A stretch of DNA of 35,238 bases from Thermoplasmata archaeon M9B1D (GTDB taxonomy: Archaea; Thermoplasmatota; E2; DHVEG-1): the NCBI GenBank assembly GCA_002900535.1, contig MUGC01000001.1, positions 1 to 35,238 of the forward strand, in the 5' to 3' direction. Every line of letters begins with the position of its first letter. Position 1 is the stretch's first letter. Made by a program: the position numbers and the translations under genes. Positions 22,715 to 31,722 of this stretch are shown here, piece after piece. The notes under the pieces were generated by a model that was given only the letters and a program-made list of their open reading frames with translations, had not been told where the DNA came from and did not search any database.

Positions 22715-23160
22715 ACAATTAATTCTTTGGTTGCTACAAGATTTTCTCCGCCTTCAGTCAATAAATATTCTCCGCCTTCAGTCAATAAAGAATAATCGAC
22801 ATAAATTTTAGTCTGTTCTAAAGATAATTTAACTTCTATTTGATAATAATTTGAAACTTGTCTATATAAAGGTTTATCAAGAAATCTTGCAGTTCTGTCA
22901 ACTTCAATTCTGCAATCATAAAAAGTAAATGGTATAGTTCCTTGTTTTATTGTATTTCTATACCAGCTTTTAAAATCTAAATAATCTTCTAAAGAAACTA
23001 TTATATAACCTTTTATTATATTATCTATATCTGTAAAAGTTTCTCTTCTAAATGGTTGTCCAGCGTCTGGAGAGACTTCAATAAATCCGTTTTGGTCTTC
23101 GTCTTGAAAACTATTTGATAATAAATCTCCCCATCTCCATTTTTCTAAAATTTCTGTCAT
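22711..23160 (-). CDS. Minor/distal tail protein (lambda M position)
   Basis: 149 aa, the first gene after the tape measure, with an ATGA start/stop overlap. Confidence 0.5.
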   Translation of the reverse strand: MTEILEKWRWGDLLSNSFQDEDQNGFIEVSPDAGQPFRRETFTDIDNIIKGYIIVSLEDYLDFKSWYRNTIKQGTIPFTFYDCRIEVDRTARFLDKPLYRQVSNYYQIEVKLSLEQTKIYVDYSLLTEGGEYLLTEGGENLVATKELIV

Positions 23161-24983
23161 GATGCTTGTACTCCTCTTAAATCTTGATTTTGTAAAGCGG
23201 TTTCAAAAGCGCTTTTACTTCTTTCACTTGATAAAGCACTATTAAATTGTTTTATGAAAATATCTCTGTCATTATTTGGTCTTTTTATAACTTCAATTTG
23301 AGATGGTGTTTGGTTAAAAATATTTATATTTCCACCTCCGCTTGTTTCAACTCCAAGCTTTCCATTTTTAGTTCTTGTCAATGGTAAAATAGCTTCTGCC
23401 CCAGCCTCTCCCATTAAACCAATTCCTTTTTGCATTGGAAATAAAGTAGGAGAACTTACAACACCACCATTTGCGAAAGGCATTACTTTATTATCTTTAA
23501 ATACATTTCCTTTTGCTGATGGCGTAGATGCTATTCCAGTTGCTCCACCTCCGAAAATATTAGCAATACTTCTTGCAATTCCAGTTGCAATAAGTTGCCT
23601 TGCGATTTCTTGTAAAATTCCTATTATCACTTTTTTAAATCTCTCTCCAGCTGTTTCACCTTGTTCAAAAGGTGTTGTCAAGGCATTTGCTAAATCATTT
23701 CCGATTATATTTGCTACATCGTCAATTGAAATTAAAGCCTCTTGAAATTTCGTCGCACTTTCAGCTAATTTTAATTGTTCTTCATTTGCTTTTAATTCTT
23801 TTCTTAAATTTTTAAAAGTTTCAGTTCCTTGCTGACCTGTAATAGCTAAATCTCTTAATTGTTCTTTGATTTTTTCTGTTTGTTCTTTTAATTTATCATA
23901 AGTTAAAATTGTTGATTCTTGAATTTCAATATTATCATTTGCATATTTTCCAGCGTCTCCAATATTTCTTAAATCATCTGCAGTTTTAACATCGCCAAAT
24001 TCATCTAAAGCCTTTTTAAGATTTCCTATATCTTTAATTAAATAATTAAAATTAAAAGTTGTTGCTCTTTGTAAAACTTTAAGAGAAATTGTAAAAACTT
24101 TTATTGAATCTATTATTATTTTAAAAGTTTTGACTAAATCATCGCCTTCATTATCAACAAAATCTCTTATTGAGATTGCCATACTTTCCAATTCAGGAAC
24201 TAATTGTTGACCTAAACTATCTTTCAATAAAAGAATTGAATTATTTAAACGATTAAAATTAGCTCTTGCTGATTGTGAAGCTTCTTCAACATTTATACCC
24301 AAACTCTTTCTTATTTCTTCCGCAAAAGTAGGTAAAAAATCTTTTGATACTATTTCTCCAGTTTTAATTAATTTAAAAAATTCTTCTCTACTTTTTCCTA
24401 AGGAATCTATAGCTAATTGTACAGCACCTGGTAAGGTATCACCAAGTTGACCACTTATTTCTTCTAAAGAAACTTTGCCTTTACCAGCAACTTGTTGTAA
24501 TGCTCTAAATACAAAAGATGTTTCTGTGGCACTTAAATTTAATGAAACTAAAGCATCAGAAACATCAGAAAATATTTCCTTTGTTTCTTCAAAAGTTAAA
24601 CCACTTCTTAATGCTGATGCGCTAAATCCTGCAAATCCATCAATAGCACTTCTTAAATCAATACCTAATCTTTGTGCCTCATCTGATATAAATTGATAAG
24701 ATTGTCCAGCAAGTTCAGCACTTCCTGCAGAGGCTAAAAGTTTATTATCTAAAGCTTCTAATTCAAGAGAAGTATTTATGAGTTCTTTTCCAAAAGTAAT
24801 AATTTGACGAACACCAAAAGCAATACCTAAAGTTTTTAATGAATTTTTTAAAATTTTAGCTGTAGAATTTAATTTTTTAGCACTTTTCCCAGTTTTATTT
24901 ATAGAATCATCAAGCTTTCTAAATTGAGAAGCGACAGACTCCGCATTTGTTACAATTATAATTCTTACTTTTCCATCTGCCAT
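23157..24983 (-). CDS. Tape measure protein
   Basis: 608 aa, long, helical and low-complexity, with a Gly-rich C-terminal segment. It lies immediately after the G/GT chaperone pair. Confidence 0.85.
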   Translation of the reverse strand: MADGKVRIIIVTNAESVASQFRKLDDSINKTGKSAKKLNSTAKILKNSLKTLGIAFGVRQIITFGKELINTSLELEALDNKLLASAGSAELAGQSYQFISDEAQRLGIDLRSAIDGFAGFSASALRSGLTFEETKEIFSDVSDALVSLNLSATETSFVFRALQQVAGKGKVSLEEISGQLGDTLPGAVQLAIDSLGKSREEFFKLIKTGEIVSKDFLPTFAEEIRKSLGINVEEASQSARANFNRLNNSILLLKDSLGQQLVPELESMAISIRDFVDNEGDDLVKTFKIIIDSIKVFTISLKVLQRATTFNFNYLIKDIGNLKKALDEFGDVKTADDLRNIGDAGKYANDNIEIQESTILTYDKLKEQTEKIKEQLRDLAITGQQGTETFKNLRKELKANEEQLKLAESATKFQEALISIDDVANIIGNDLANALTTPFEQGETAGERFKKVIIGILQEIARQLIATGIARSIANIFGGGATGIASTPSAKGNVFKDNKVMPFANGGVVSSPTLFPMQKGIGLMGEAGAEAILPLTRTKNGKLGVETSGGGNINIFNQTPSQIEVIKRPNNDRDIFIKQFNSALSSERSKSAFETALQNQDLRGVQAS

Positions 24984-25599
24984 TAAAAACCTCTAAAATT
25001 AGTCAACTCACATAAAGTTCTTATTCCTATTGCAATATTACAAGGTAAATCTTGTATATTTAATTTTAACATTCCTATTCTAAACCATCGCCAAATCTCG
25101 AAAACTTCATAAAATTCATTATCTAAATTTTTCCATAAATCTTTTTTCTTTCCGATTGCCACAGGATTTTTAACATCACCTAAAAAATACATTCTATTTT
25201 CTTCTCGCTTTTCAAGTTTAATTTTTCCTTTTTTAAGAATATGAAAAGCGATTATAACTTTTTTTCGGTTTTATTCGCCTCCTTAATCGCATCAGTTAAG
25301 GATTTAACAACTTCAAGAACAATTTTAAAAATATCTTTTCCGCCAAGTTTTAACATATCGGAAAAATTCTCATAATCAATTTCTTTACCATCTTCATTAA
25401 TCAATTGTGGTTTATTTTCAAATCTTAAAAATAAATCACATGCAATTTTCAAAACACTTTCATGATGATTTTCAGAAGTTAATAACAATTTAGTTGAGTC
25501 AAATTGATTTGGATAACGAAAAATAATTTTAAATTTATCATTATCTTTACAAATAGACGGAATTATTGCGATTTCTTTAGTAAATACATTTATTTTCAT
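24983..25599 (-). CDS. Tail assembly chaperone GT-like fusion made by -1 programmed frameshift (~205 aa)
   Basis: The -1 frame is open from 25270 to the stop at 24985-24983, which I checked codon by codon down to the track ORF 24983-25192. Its end overlaps the tape-measure ATG (TAATG). Confidence 0.65.
25252..25599 (-). CDS. Tail assembly chaperone (G-like, zero-frame product)
   Basis: 115 aa between the tube and tape measure genes. It ends just after a slippery heptamer. Confidence 0.75.
   Translation of the reverse strand: MKINVFTKEIAIIPSICKDNDKFKIIFRYPNQFDSTKLLLTSENHHESVLKIACDLFLRFENKPQLINEDGKEIDYENFSDMLKLGGKDIFKIVLEVVKSLTDAIKEANKTEKKL
25258..25264 (-). promoter_or_regulatory. -1 frameshift slippery heptamer A_AAA_AAG
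   Basis: On the minus strand, GAA AAA AAG TTA TAA. The heptamer A AAA AAG is in the X_XXY_YYZ phase of the zero frame and lies two codons before the stop. Confidence 0.65.
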
Positions 25600-25600
25600 T

Positions 25601-26269
25601 TTATACTACTGGTTGACTTAATTTAAAATAAGATGGTTTAACTTCATCATCTTCAACAATTCTAAAGTTTGAAGAAAATGTTTGCGCTTCCCCTTGAGAA
25701 ATTCCCGCGCTAAATCCACCCAAAACAACCGGTAATAAATAGAATGATGTTGGTTCATCATTTATTGATTCTTTATTTACCTCTAATTGCAAATAAATTT
25801 TTGTATTATCTATTTTTGAAATAATTAAAGTTGATAAATCTGCTGATTGGCTTACTATATCTATAACTTTATTCATAAAGCTATTTGCTAAATCCGTCAA
25901 TCCGACAGTCATTACACCTTCTATAGTTCCCGTGATATCTGAACGACCAAATTTATAAGTTTTAACTCTATCACAAATTGTTGTATCTTCAATTTCATCT
26001 TTTGCAAATTCGAGACTTGCATTTTGAACATCACATAAATTTGTAAATGTCATTGGTTTTACTTTATCGCCTGTTTCAGGTGTAATGCCTGTATCAGAGT
26101 AAAAAGGATATCCTGCCTCTGCATTTGTTGGTAAACCTGATGGACTTCCTACTGCAGTTATTACATAATAACCAGCGCTTAAAGGAGTCACACCATCACC
26201 TTCTATTTCAGCACCGAGCGACACACTCGCAAGGTTTCCGTCTAATTCATTCAATTTTTTTGTACTCAT
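25601..26269 (-). CDS. Major tail (tube) protein
   Basis: 222 aa, upstream of G/GT. NASLEFAKDEIEDTTICDRVKTYKFGRSDITGTIEG resembles lambda V/TP901-1 tube N-domain patterns. Confidence 0.75.
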   Translation of the reverse strand: MSTKKLNELDGNLASVSLGAEIEGDGVTPLSAGYYVITAVGSPSGLPTNAEAGYPFYSDTGITPETGDKVKPMTFTNLCDVQNASLEFAKDEIEDTTICDRVKTYKFGRSDITGTIEGVMTVGLTDLANSFMNKVIDIVSQSADLSTLIISKIDNTKIYLQLEVNKESINDEPTSFYLLPVVLGGFSAGISQGEAQTFSSNFRIVEDDEVKPSYFKLSQPVV

Positions 26270-26673
26270 TATTGTACCTCATAAGTTAAAGTTTTTGATA
26301 AAATTTCACTATTTAATCCATTAGCCCAAACCCCAGCCGTAGAATTATCGTGAGTAGTTAAATAAACTATGTAATCTTTTCCATCAAAAGTCAATTTTTT
26401 TATAGCAGAAATAAATTTATCAAGCTGTCTTTTGATATAAAAAGCATTTGAAATATTTTTATGATAAATAGTCCATTGTAAAGAAGCAATACCACCTTTT
26501 GTAAATTGATTATCTGCGCAAACATCTGGACGACTTCCATCTGCATCTAAAGAATTTTGAATAATATAAGGATATTGATTATCTTCTCCAATATCTCCAA
26601 AACCAAATTTTAAAGTAAATCCTGATACTGTAAAATTATTTTTTATATAATCGTAAATTGCTTGTTCAAACAT
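26269..26673 (-). CDS. Tail terminator / tail completion protein (DUF3168-like, by position)
   Basis: 134 aa between the gp10-like and tube genes. The N-terminal segment is IYDYIKNN. Confidence 0.5.
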   Translation of the reverse strand: MFEQAIYDYIKNNFTVSGFTLKFGFGDIGEDNQYPYIIQNSLDADGSRPDVCADNQFTKGGIASLQWTIYHKNISNAFYIKRQLDKFISAIKKLTFDGKDYIVYLTTHDNSTAGVWANGLNSEILSKTLTYEVQ

Positions 26674-27012
26674 TTATTTCCTATTAATTATTTTTGCAAC
26701 AATGCTATCAACTTCTTTTTGGACTTTTCTTGCAGAGTTTCGCATAACTGGATTAGGTCTCCGTCCTTTTTTATAAGTAAAAGTTTTAGTTTTATATCCA
26801 GCAGGGAAACCATATTCAACAGCTTTTGAATATTCTGCATTGGCAACAACTTCGCCATTTCCTGCTTTAATATTATTACGATAAAATCCTGTGTCAACTG
26901 GAGAATTTTTTTTTGCTTCCGCTTCTATTCTTGAAGTAATTTTGATAACAGCCTCTTTTATTCCATTTATTGTCAGATTTTCTAAATTGGGGACATTAAC
27001 TTCTATTGGCAT
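26674..27012 (-). CDS. HK97 gp10-family head-tail joining protein
   Basis: ...EAEAKKNSPVDTGFYRNNIKAG...AEYSKAVEYGF fits the gp10-family VDTG.LR.SI...YA..VEYG pattern. Confidence 0.7.
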   Translation of the reverse strand: MPIEVNVPNLENLTINGIKEAVIKITSRIEAEAKKNSPVDTGFYRNNIKAGNGEVVANAEYSKAVEYGFPAGYKTKTFTYKKGRRPNPVMRNSARKVQKEVDSIVAKIINRK

Positions 27013-27358
27013 TTATATTTTTTTCTACATAATTAATTAAATTTTCACCTAAAATAAACATTTCTTTTTCTTTGTCATTAGGAAATTGATAATTATATTT
27101 TTTCTTATGATAATTTCTCATAATTTTTGATATTAAATTTAAAACATCATCAAAACAAACTTCTTTAAATAATTGCATATCTTTTTTACAAACTGGACAT
27201 TGCATTGATTGTTTTTCTAAATCATATCTGTCTTTTGAATAAACAAGTAAAATTGCCTTTCCACAATTTATACAAAATAATTCTTTTTGACTTACTAATT
27301 TTTCATCATCAAGATTAATAATGTTATTATTCATCATTAATTTCTTCCATTGTTTCAT
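26996..27358 (-). CDS. Zinc-ribbon protein, paralogue 2
   Basis: 120 aa: IINLDDEKLVSQKELFCINCGKAILLV...CPVCKKDMQLFKEVCFDDV. It is colinear with the upstream 90-aa paralogue. Confidence 0.7.
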   Translation of the reverse strand: MKQWKKLMMNNNIINLDDEKLVSQKELFCINCGKAILLVYSKDRYDLEKQSMQCPVCKKDMQLFKEVCFDDVLNLISKIMRNYHKKKYNYQFPNDKEKEMFILGENLINYVEKNINANRS

Positions 27359-27367
27359 TATGACTTT

Positions 27368-27640
27368 TTAATTTACTATTATCAAATTCTTTTTTAAAAG
27401 TATATCCGTATTTTCTTCATGTATTTTTTCATTTTGTCTTGCAAGAATATCAAAAACATCGTATAAACATAAATCCTCATATTTTCTTAATTTTTGCTTG
27501 CAAACTGGACATTCTTCATTTGAAGTATCTTCATAATCTTTGGATACCATTATAATACTTTTACAACAATTTATACAAAAAAGTTTTTCAACTTTATGCG
27601 GTGTATTTTTTTCTAAATTTATTATTTTATTTTTTGTCAT
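27368..27640 (-). CDS. Zinc-ribbon protein, paralogue 1 (ATG 27640 preferred; the track start 27658 is TTG)
   Basis: MTKNKIINLEKNTPHKVEKLFCINCCKSIIMV...CPVCKQKLRKYEDLCLYDV. Confidence 0.65.
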   Translation of the reverse strand: MTKNKIINLEKNTPHKVEKLFCINCCKSIIMVSKDYEDTSNEECPVCKQKLRKYEDLCLYDVFDILARQNEKIHEENTDILLKKNLIIVN

Positions 27641-28040
27641 AAACTTTAATTTTATCAATTAAATATTGTGGATTTTTAACACAAATTAAATCAACATGGT
27701 TTCCTATTCCCGATACTCTTATTGTCTCATAACCAAAAATAGAACTAAAAATAGTTTTTCTTCTTTCTATATTTTCAATATTATTTAAAAATAGTTTATC
27801 AACCAAAATATTATTTATTCCGAAAGTTGATTCTATAAAATCTTCATGCAAAAAAATCTTTGAACTTACTCTAATAGCGAAGTCGGTAGGATAATATTTT
27901 ATTATATCAATAATTGGAATAATAACTAAACTAAATAAATATTCCGATGGAAATAAATCAAATATATTCTTTCCTAAAAAATTAAGTATATAAAAAACAA
28001 TAAAAATTCCAAATATTCTTATTATATAGTCTATTGTCAT
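27627..28040 (-). CDS. Membrane protein with two N-terminal hydrophobic helices and a bPH/YdbT-like domain (start uncertain)
   Basis: From ATG 28040: MTIDYIIRIFGIFIVFYILNF...LFSLVIIPIIDII, then ...GYETIRVSGIGNHVDLICVKNPQYLIDKI. The track ORF starts at a TTG at 28121 and overlaps the upstream gene. Confidence 0.6.
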   Translation of the reverse strand: MTIDYIIRIFGIFIVFYILNFLGKNIFDLFPSEYLFSLVIIPIIDIIKYYPTDFAIRVSSKIFLHEDFIESTFGINNILVDKLFLNNIENIERRKTIFSSIFGYETIRVSGIGNHVDLICVKNPQYLIDKIKVYDKK

Positions 28041-28077
28041 ATCTATACAACCAAGAATTTTACAAACTTTTATTTGT

Positions 28078-28314
28078 TCATTTTTTCTTTGCACTTTTTT
28101 TTCTTTTCTTTTTCTTTTCAATACTCCAAACTATTTTTGAACATCTTGTTTTGCTCATTCCACTATCTCTACAAGAAGAATAAGCTTTTTTTGAAGAAGA
28201 CTTTTTTATTCCACGAGGTGCTAAATAATAACCTTTTTTTCCTTTAACAACATTACTTAAAGGAAAACCCAATTTTTTCGCTCTTGCTCGTGCTTTTGCT
28301 TTAGTTTCAGGCAT
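28078..28314 (-). CDS. Small highly basic protein
   Basis: 78 aa: MPETKAKARARAKKLGF...EKKKKRKKSAKKK. The SD is aattggaggttttATG. Confidence 0.65.
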   Translation of the reverse strand: MPETKAKARARAKKLGFPLSNVVKGKKGYYLAPRGIKKSSSKKAYSSCRDSGMSKTRCSKIVWSIEKKKKRKKSAKKK

Positions 28315-28328
28315 AAAACCTCCAATTA

Positions 28329-28673
28329 TTAAACATTTTTATTATAAAATTGTAATTTGAATTCACAATGTTGCCCCTCGTCAGGCTCAATCCCACTAAC
28401 GCCTAAAGGCTGTGATTGTTTACCGCTAACAATATATTTTATTCCTTCATATTCAATCAAATCGTTTTCTTGAATAATAGAATTTAAAGAAATATCGCAA
28501 AATAAAATACCATCAACATTCATGGTATCTTTGGCATTTACAAAAGAATTCCTTGAAGATGGTGTTTGAACAAGACCTTTAAAGGTTTGAATTTTTGAAT
28601 AATCATCAGGTGTTGAGAATTCACCCTCTGTATATCTATATAAATCTATATCCTGATAATAATCATCTATCAT
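28329..28673 (-). CDS. Head-tail adaptor / head closure protein (HK97 gp9-, SPP1 gp16-like)
   Basis: 114 aa. ...FKGLVQTPSS...DGILFCDIS...IEYEGIKYIVSG...HCEFKL fits the Phage_H_T_join pattern. Confidence 0.55.
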   Translation of the reverse strand: MIDDYYQDIDLYRYTEGEFSTPDDYSKIQTFKGLVQTPSSRNSFVNAKDTMNVDGILFCDISLNSIIQENDLIEYEGIKYIVSGKQSQPLGVSGIEPDEGQHCEFKLQFYNKNV

Positions 28674-29422
28674 TGCACAATTCTAACTAATTTATAAGGT
28701 TTTAATTGATTTATTAAATATGATGGATATTCTAAACCACCAATTTTTAAAAAAGTATCATCTTTTTGATAAGAATAATTACCAATTCTTTCAGCTTTTT
28801 TATCTTTTATCTTTCTTTTGAAAGTATCAAAATAAAGCATTTGGCTTATAATTTCTTCAACTTGTTTAGGAATATTGCACAAAAACAAAATGGCGTATTC
28901 CGTAGTAGCTCTTAAATCTTTGTTTGTTATTTTCAAAGGTGATAAGCTTTCGATATAACCTACTATATCATTTCTCAAACTTCCTGCAATTCTTATTAAA
29001 TCCCCTACTTCAAATATATCTTCTGATAAACTATCGATTTCTCCATCAACTTTAAACTCATATTGATTCATATCACTTAAATAATGAATATTATCATTAA
29101 TTAAAGATTGTTTAATGTCCCATTCGCCATAATCAAAAGAAACATTAAAATCTTGTCTTATTTCATAAAAGAAATTGTTCAAATAATCTAAAACAAGCTT
29201 TAAAGTATGATGTAAATTTGCTTCTATTTTTGCGTCTTCAGATGTTTCTATTCTTACAGCAGTAAAGGGACTTACACTTGTTACATTATAAGATTCACCT
29301 TTTGTATAAGTTTCAACATCAAAAAAAGTTTCACTTACAAGCCAAGTTCCAGTTGAAGACGGTTTTGTATTTTGCACAAAATCATAAGAACTATATTTTT
29401 TAACACTATATAAATCTATCAT
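28670..29422 (-). CDS. hypothetical protein (possible head-tail connector, by position)
   Basis: 250-aa ORF between TerL and the adaptor gene. Confidence 0.75.
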   Translation of the reverse strand: MIDLYSVKKYSSYDFVQNTKPSSTGTWLVSETFFDVETYTKGESYNVTSVSPFTAVRIETSEDAKIEANLHHTLKLVLDYLNNFFYEIRQDFNVSFDYGEWDIKQSLINDNIHYLSDMNQYEFKVDGEIDSLSEDIFEVGDLIRIAGSLRNDIVGYIESLSPLKITNKDLRATTEYAILFLCNIPKQVEEIISQMLYFDTFKRKIKDKKAERIGNYSYQKDDTFLKIGGLEYPSYLINQLKPYKLVRIVQ

Positions 29423-29424
29423 GT

Positions 29425-29772
29425 TTATTTATTTTCGTTTTGTTTTTCAATTTCTTCTTTTTTTATCTTTTTTTTGTTTATTCTTTTTTTTGGATATTTC
29501 ATTGCTATTTCAGGTCTTACATATCCTTCTCTTGCTTCTTCTATAACTTCTTCTTTTTTTTCTTTTTCTTTAATCTCTTTTATTTCTTTAATTAAAATTC
29601 CTTCATTCCAACAAACTTTACAATCAATAACTTTATAAAATTCTCTTGTATTTTCTTTATCTGGATAAAATATTTTTCCATCTTTTAACCAACCTTCTTT
29701 TTCATAAGAAGAAACTACAATTTTTTTACCATCAAGTTTTTTTAATTTTCCAATAATTTTAACTTTTTTCAT
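29425..29772 (-). CDS. hypothetical K/E-rich protein
   Basis: 115-aa ORF after TerL. Confidence 0.7.
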   Translation of the reverse strand: MKKVKIIGKLKKLDGKKIVVSSYEKEGWLKDGKIFYPDKENTREFYKVIDCKVCWNEGILIKEIKEIKEKEKKEEVIEEAREGYVRPEIAMKYPKKRINKKKIKKEEIEKQNENK

Positions 29773-29830
29773 ATAAAGCCTTTTTTGTTGATATTAATAA
29801 AAGTCTAAAACTTAAGCTTATAAAGTCAAA

Positions 29831-31246
29831 TTAAAAAGGTCTACTACCGACTAAAACAGTTCTATTTCCGCCTTTCAAATATCTTATTATTGAAGCCAAA
29901 CTATCCGGAGCATCATCATTTTTGGATTTATCATTATAATTTTGACATTGGCTAATATAATTCGGGTCAGTTCCTTGCAAAAAATAAATATCTTTCCAAG
30001 CGGGGTATAAATGAGTCATTATTTTAAGATGTTTATTATCGTGTTCGTGATATGAAATAATATATTTACTCTTTTTTGCATTTTCACCTTTATCATCGTT
30101 TTTTTCAGTTCTTATTTGACCACATTTGTACTTTACACGGTATAACTCTATTTCAGTTAAACAATCATTAATATGTTTTTGCCATAATTTGCCAAATACA
30201 TAAAGATTATTTCCTACTATTTTAATAATTGTAAATGCAGTCCCGTCTTTTCCACCGAAACCTTTATCAATATGTCCGAAACCATTTTCAATTAATTTCT
30301 CTTGTTCTTTTGTAGCAAATTTTAATCCTTTAAAGTTAGAATTTATTTTGCTATCAGGTTCTTGTTGATATTGGGAATTAAAAACCCAAGGCAATCTTTC
30401 TCTTAATTTCTTTAATTTTTTGGTTGATATTTTTTCTTCCCAAATAGATTTTTCATTTTGTAAGGCTTGTATTTTTATTAAATCCCAATCTTTTTTCCAA
30501 TTATCTTTATCTTCTTCTTTTAAACCTTTATTATATTTACCTTCTTTCATAAGATAGCCTGCTAAATCTTCTTCTTTCAATCTTTGCATGATAATAATTA
30601 TAGGAACATCATCTCTTCTTAATCTTGTTCCTAAAGCATTATCGAATTTATAAATACAATCTTCTCTTTTAGTTTCAAAAATAATATCAGTTGCTTTAAT
30701 CGGGTCATCAATTATCATTGCGCCACAAAATTTCTTAACTGCAGGATTACCAGCGTCAAGACCTGTAATTGTACCACCCATTGAACCAGCAGTCAAACCA
30801 CTTCTTCCAATACTTCCAATTATAGACCAATTTGTTTTTGAATCTTTATCTTTTTGAAATTTATATGACCATAATTTACTACAGACTTCTCCTGATAATA
30901 TTTCTTTTATTTCTCCAGAATGTTTTTTAATTAAAGTATCGGAATAAGAAGTATATAAGAAACAATTATTTTTATTTCTTATAAAGCACCATGCGATAAA
31001 ATATTCAACAATAATTGATTTACCAAAACCAACAGGAATATTAATTATTAAATTTTTTATAGTTTTATAATTAGCTCTATCTTCTAAAGCTTTTATTATT
31101 TCATTATGGAAATCTTTAAAAGTAAATTTTGCACCAGTTCTAAATCTATGAACAATCTTAATAAATCCTTTCAATGATTTTTCACAAACTAATTTAACAA
31201 CAGCTTTTTCTTCATCGGTCGGAAAATATTCATCAAAACTTTTCAT
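29831..31246 (-). CDS. terL: Terminase large subunit
   Basis: Walker A is IPVGFGKS. Walker B is GAMIIDDPIK. The coupling motif is IIIMQRLKEEDLAGYL. The C-terminal nuclease motif is NDDAPDSLASIIRYL. Confidence 0.9.
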   Translation of the reverse strand: MKSFDEYFPTDEEKAVVKLVCEKSLKGFIKIVHRFRTGAKFTFKDFHNEIIKALEDRANYKTIKNLIINIPVGFGKSIIVEYFIAWCFIRNKNNCFLYTSYSDTLIKKHSGEIKEILSGEVCSKLWSYKFQKDKDSKTNWSIIGSIGRSGLTAGSMGGTITGLDAGNPAVKKFCGAMIIDDPIKATDIIFETKREDCIYKFDNALGTRLRRDDVPIIIIMQRLKEEDLAGYLMKEGKYNKGLKEEDKDNWKKDWDLIKIQALQNEKSIWEEKISTKKLKKLRERLPWVFNSQYQQEPDSKINSNFKGLKFATKEQEKLIENGFGHIDKGFGGKDGTAFTIIKIVGNNLYVFGKLWQKHINDCLTEIELYRVKYKCGQIRTEKNDDKGENAKKSKYIISYHEHDNKHLKIMTHLYPAWKDIYFLQGTDPNYISQCQNYNDKSKNDDAPDSLASIIRYLKGGNRTVLVGSRPF

Positions 31247-31662
31247 ATTTCTTTTATTTTAGACATAACATTATCTATAATCTTTTCATCTTTTATTTCA
31301 AGATTAGCGTTTATTTGCTCGATTTTTTCAGTTGGTTTTTCGCCTTTAGTATCACGAATAAAAGTAGCATTTTTAGAATTTCCAGAAATTGCTTTAGCAT
31401 ATTGACCTAAAATTAAAGCTGTATCCATACTTATTTCTTCTGGAATGTCACCAACTTCATTTTTTAGATTTTCTTTAATTTCTTTATTTTTAAATTCTAA
31501 TTGCCCAATTATTTCAATAATTTTTCTAAATCTTTTGTTTTCTTTTTGAACTTTATGAGAAGCTTTCGCTCCCATTGAAGTTATCCTCTGTATTTCCTCT
31601 GCAGTTCTTTTATTAAACGGCTTTAAATTTTCAATATGTAATTCAGGATTTGAATTTGCCAT
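31243..31662 (-). CDS. terS: Terminase small subunit
   Basis: 139 aa directly upstream of terL and overlapping it. NLKPFNKRTAEEIQRITSMGAKASHKVQKE resembles the small-terminase N-terminal region. Confidence 0.6.
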   Translation of the reverse strand: MANSNPELHIENLKPFNKRTAEEIQRITSMGAKASHKVQKENKRFRKIIEIIGQLEFKNKEIKENLKNEVGDIPEEISMDTALILGQYAKAISGNSKNATFIRDTKGEKPTEKIEQINANLEIKDEKIIDNVMSKIKEI

Positions 31663-31722
31663 TAGAGTTAGGATTATTTTATAATTTTATAAAAAAATAA
31701 ATAAATAAGTTTTAAAAATCAA

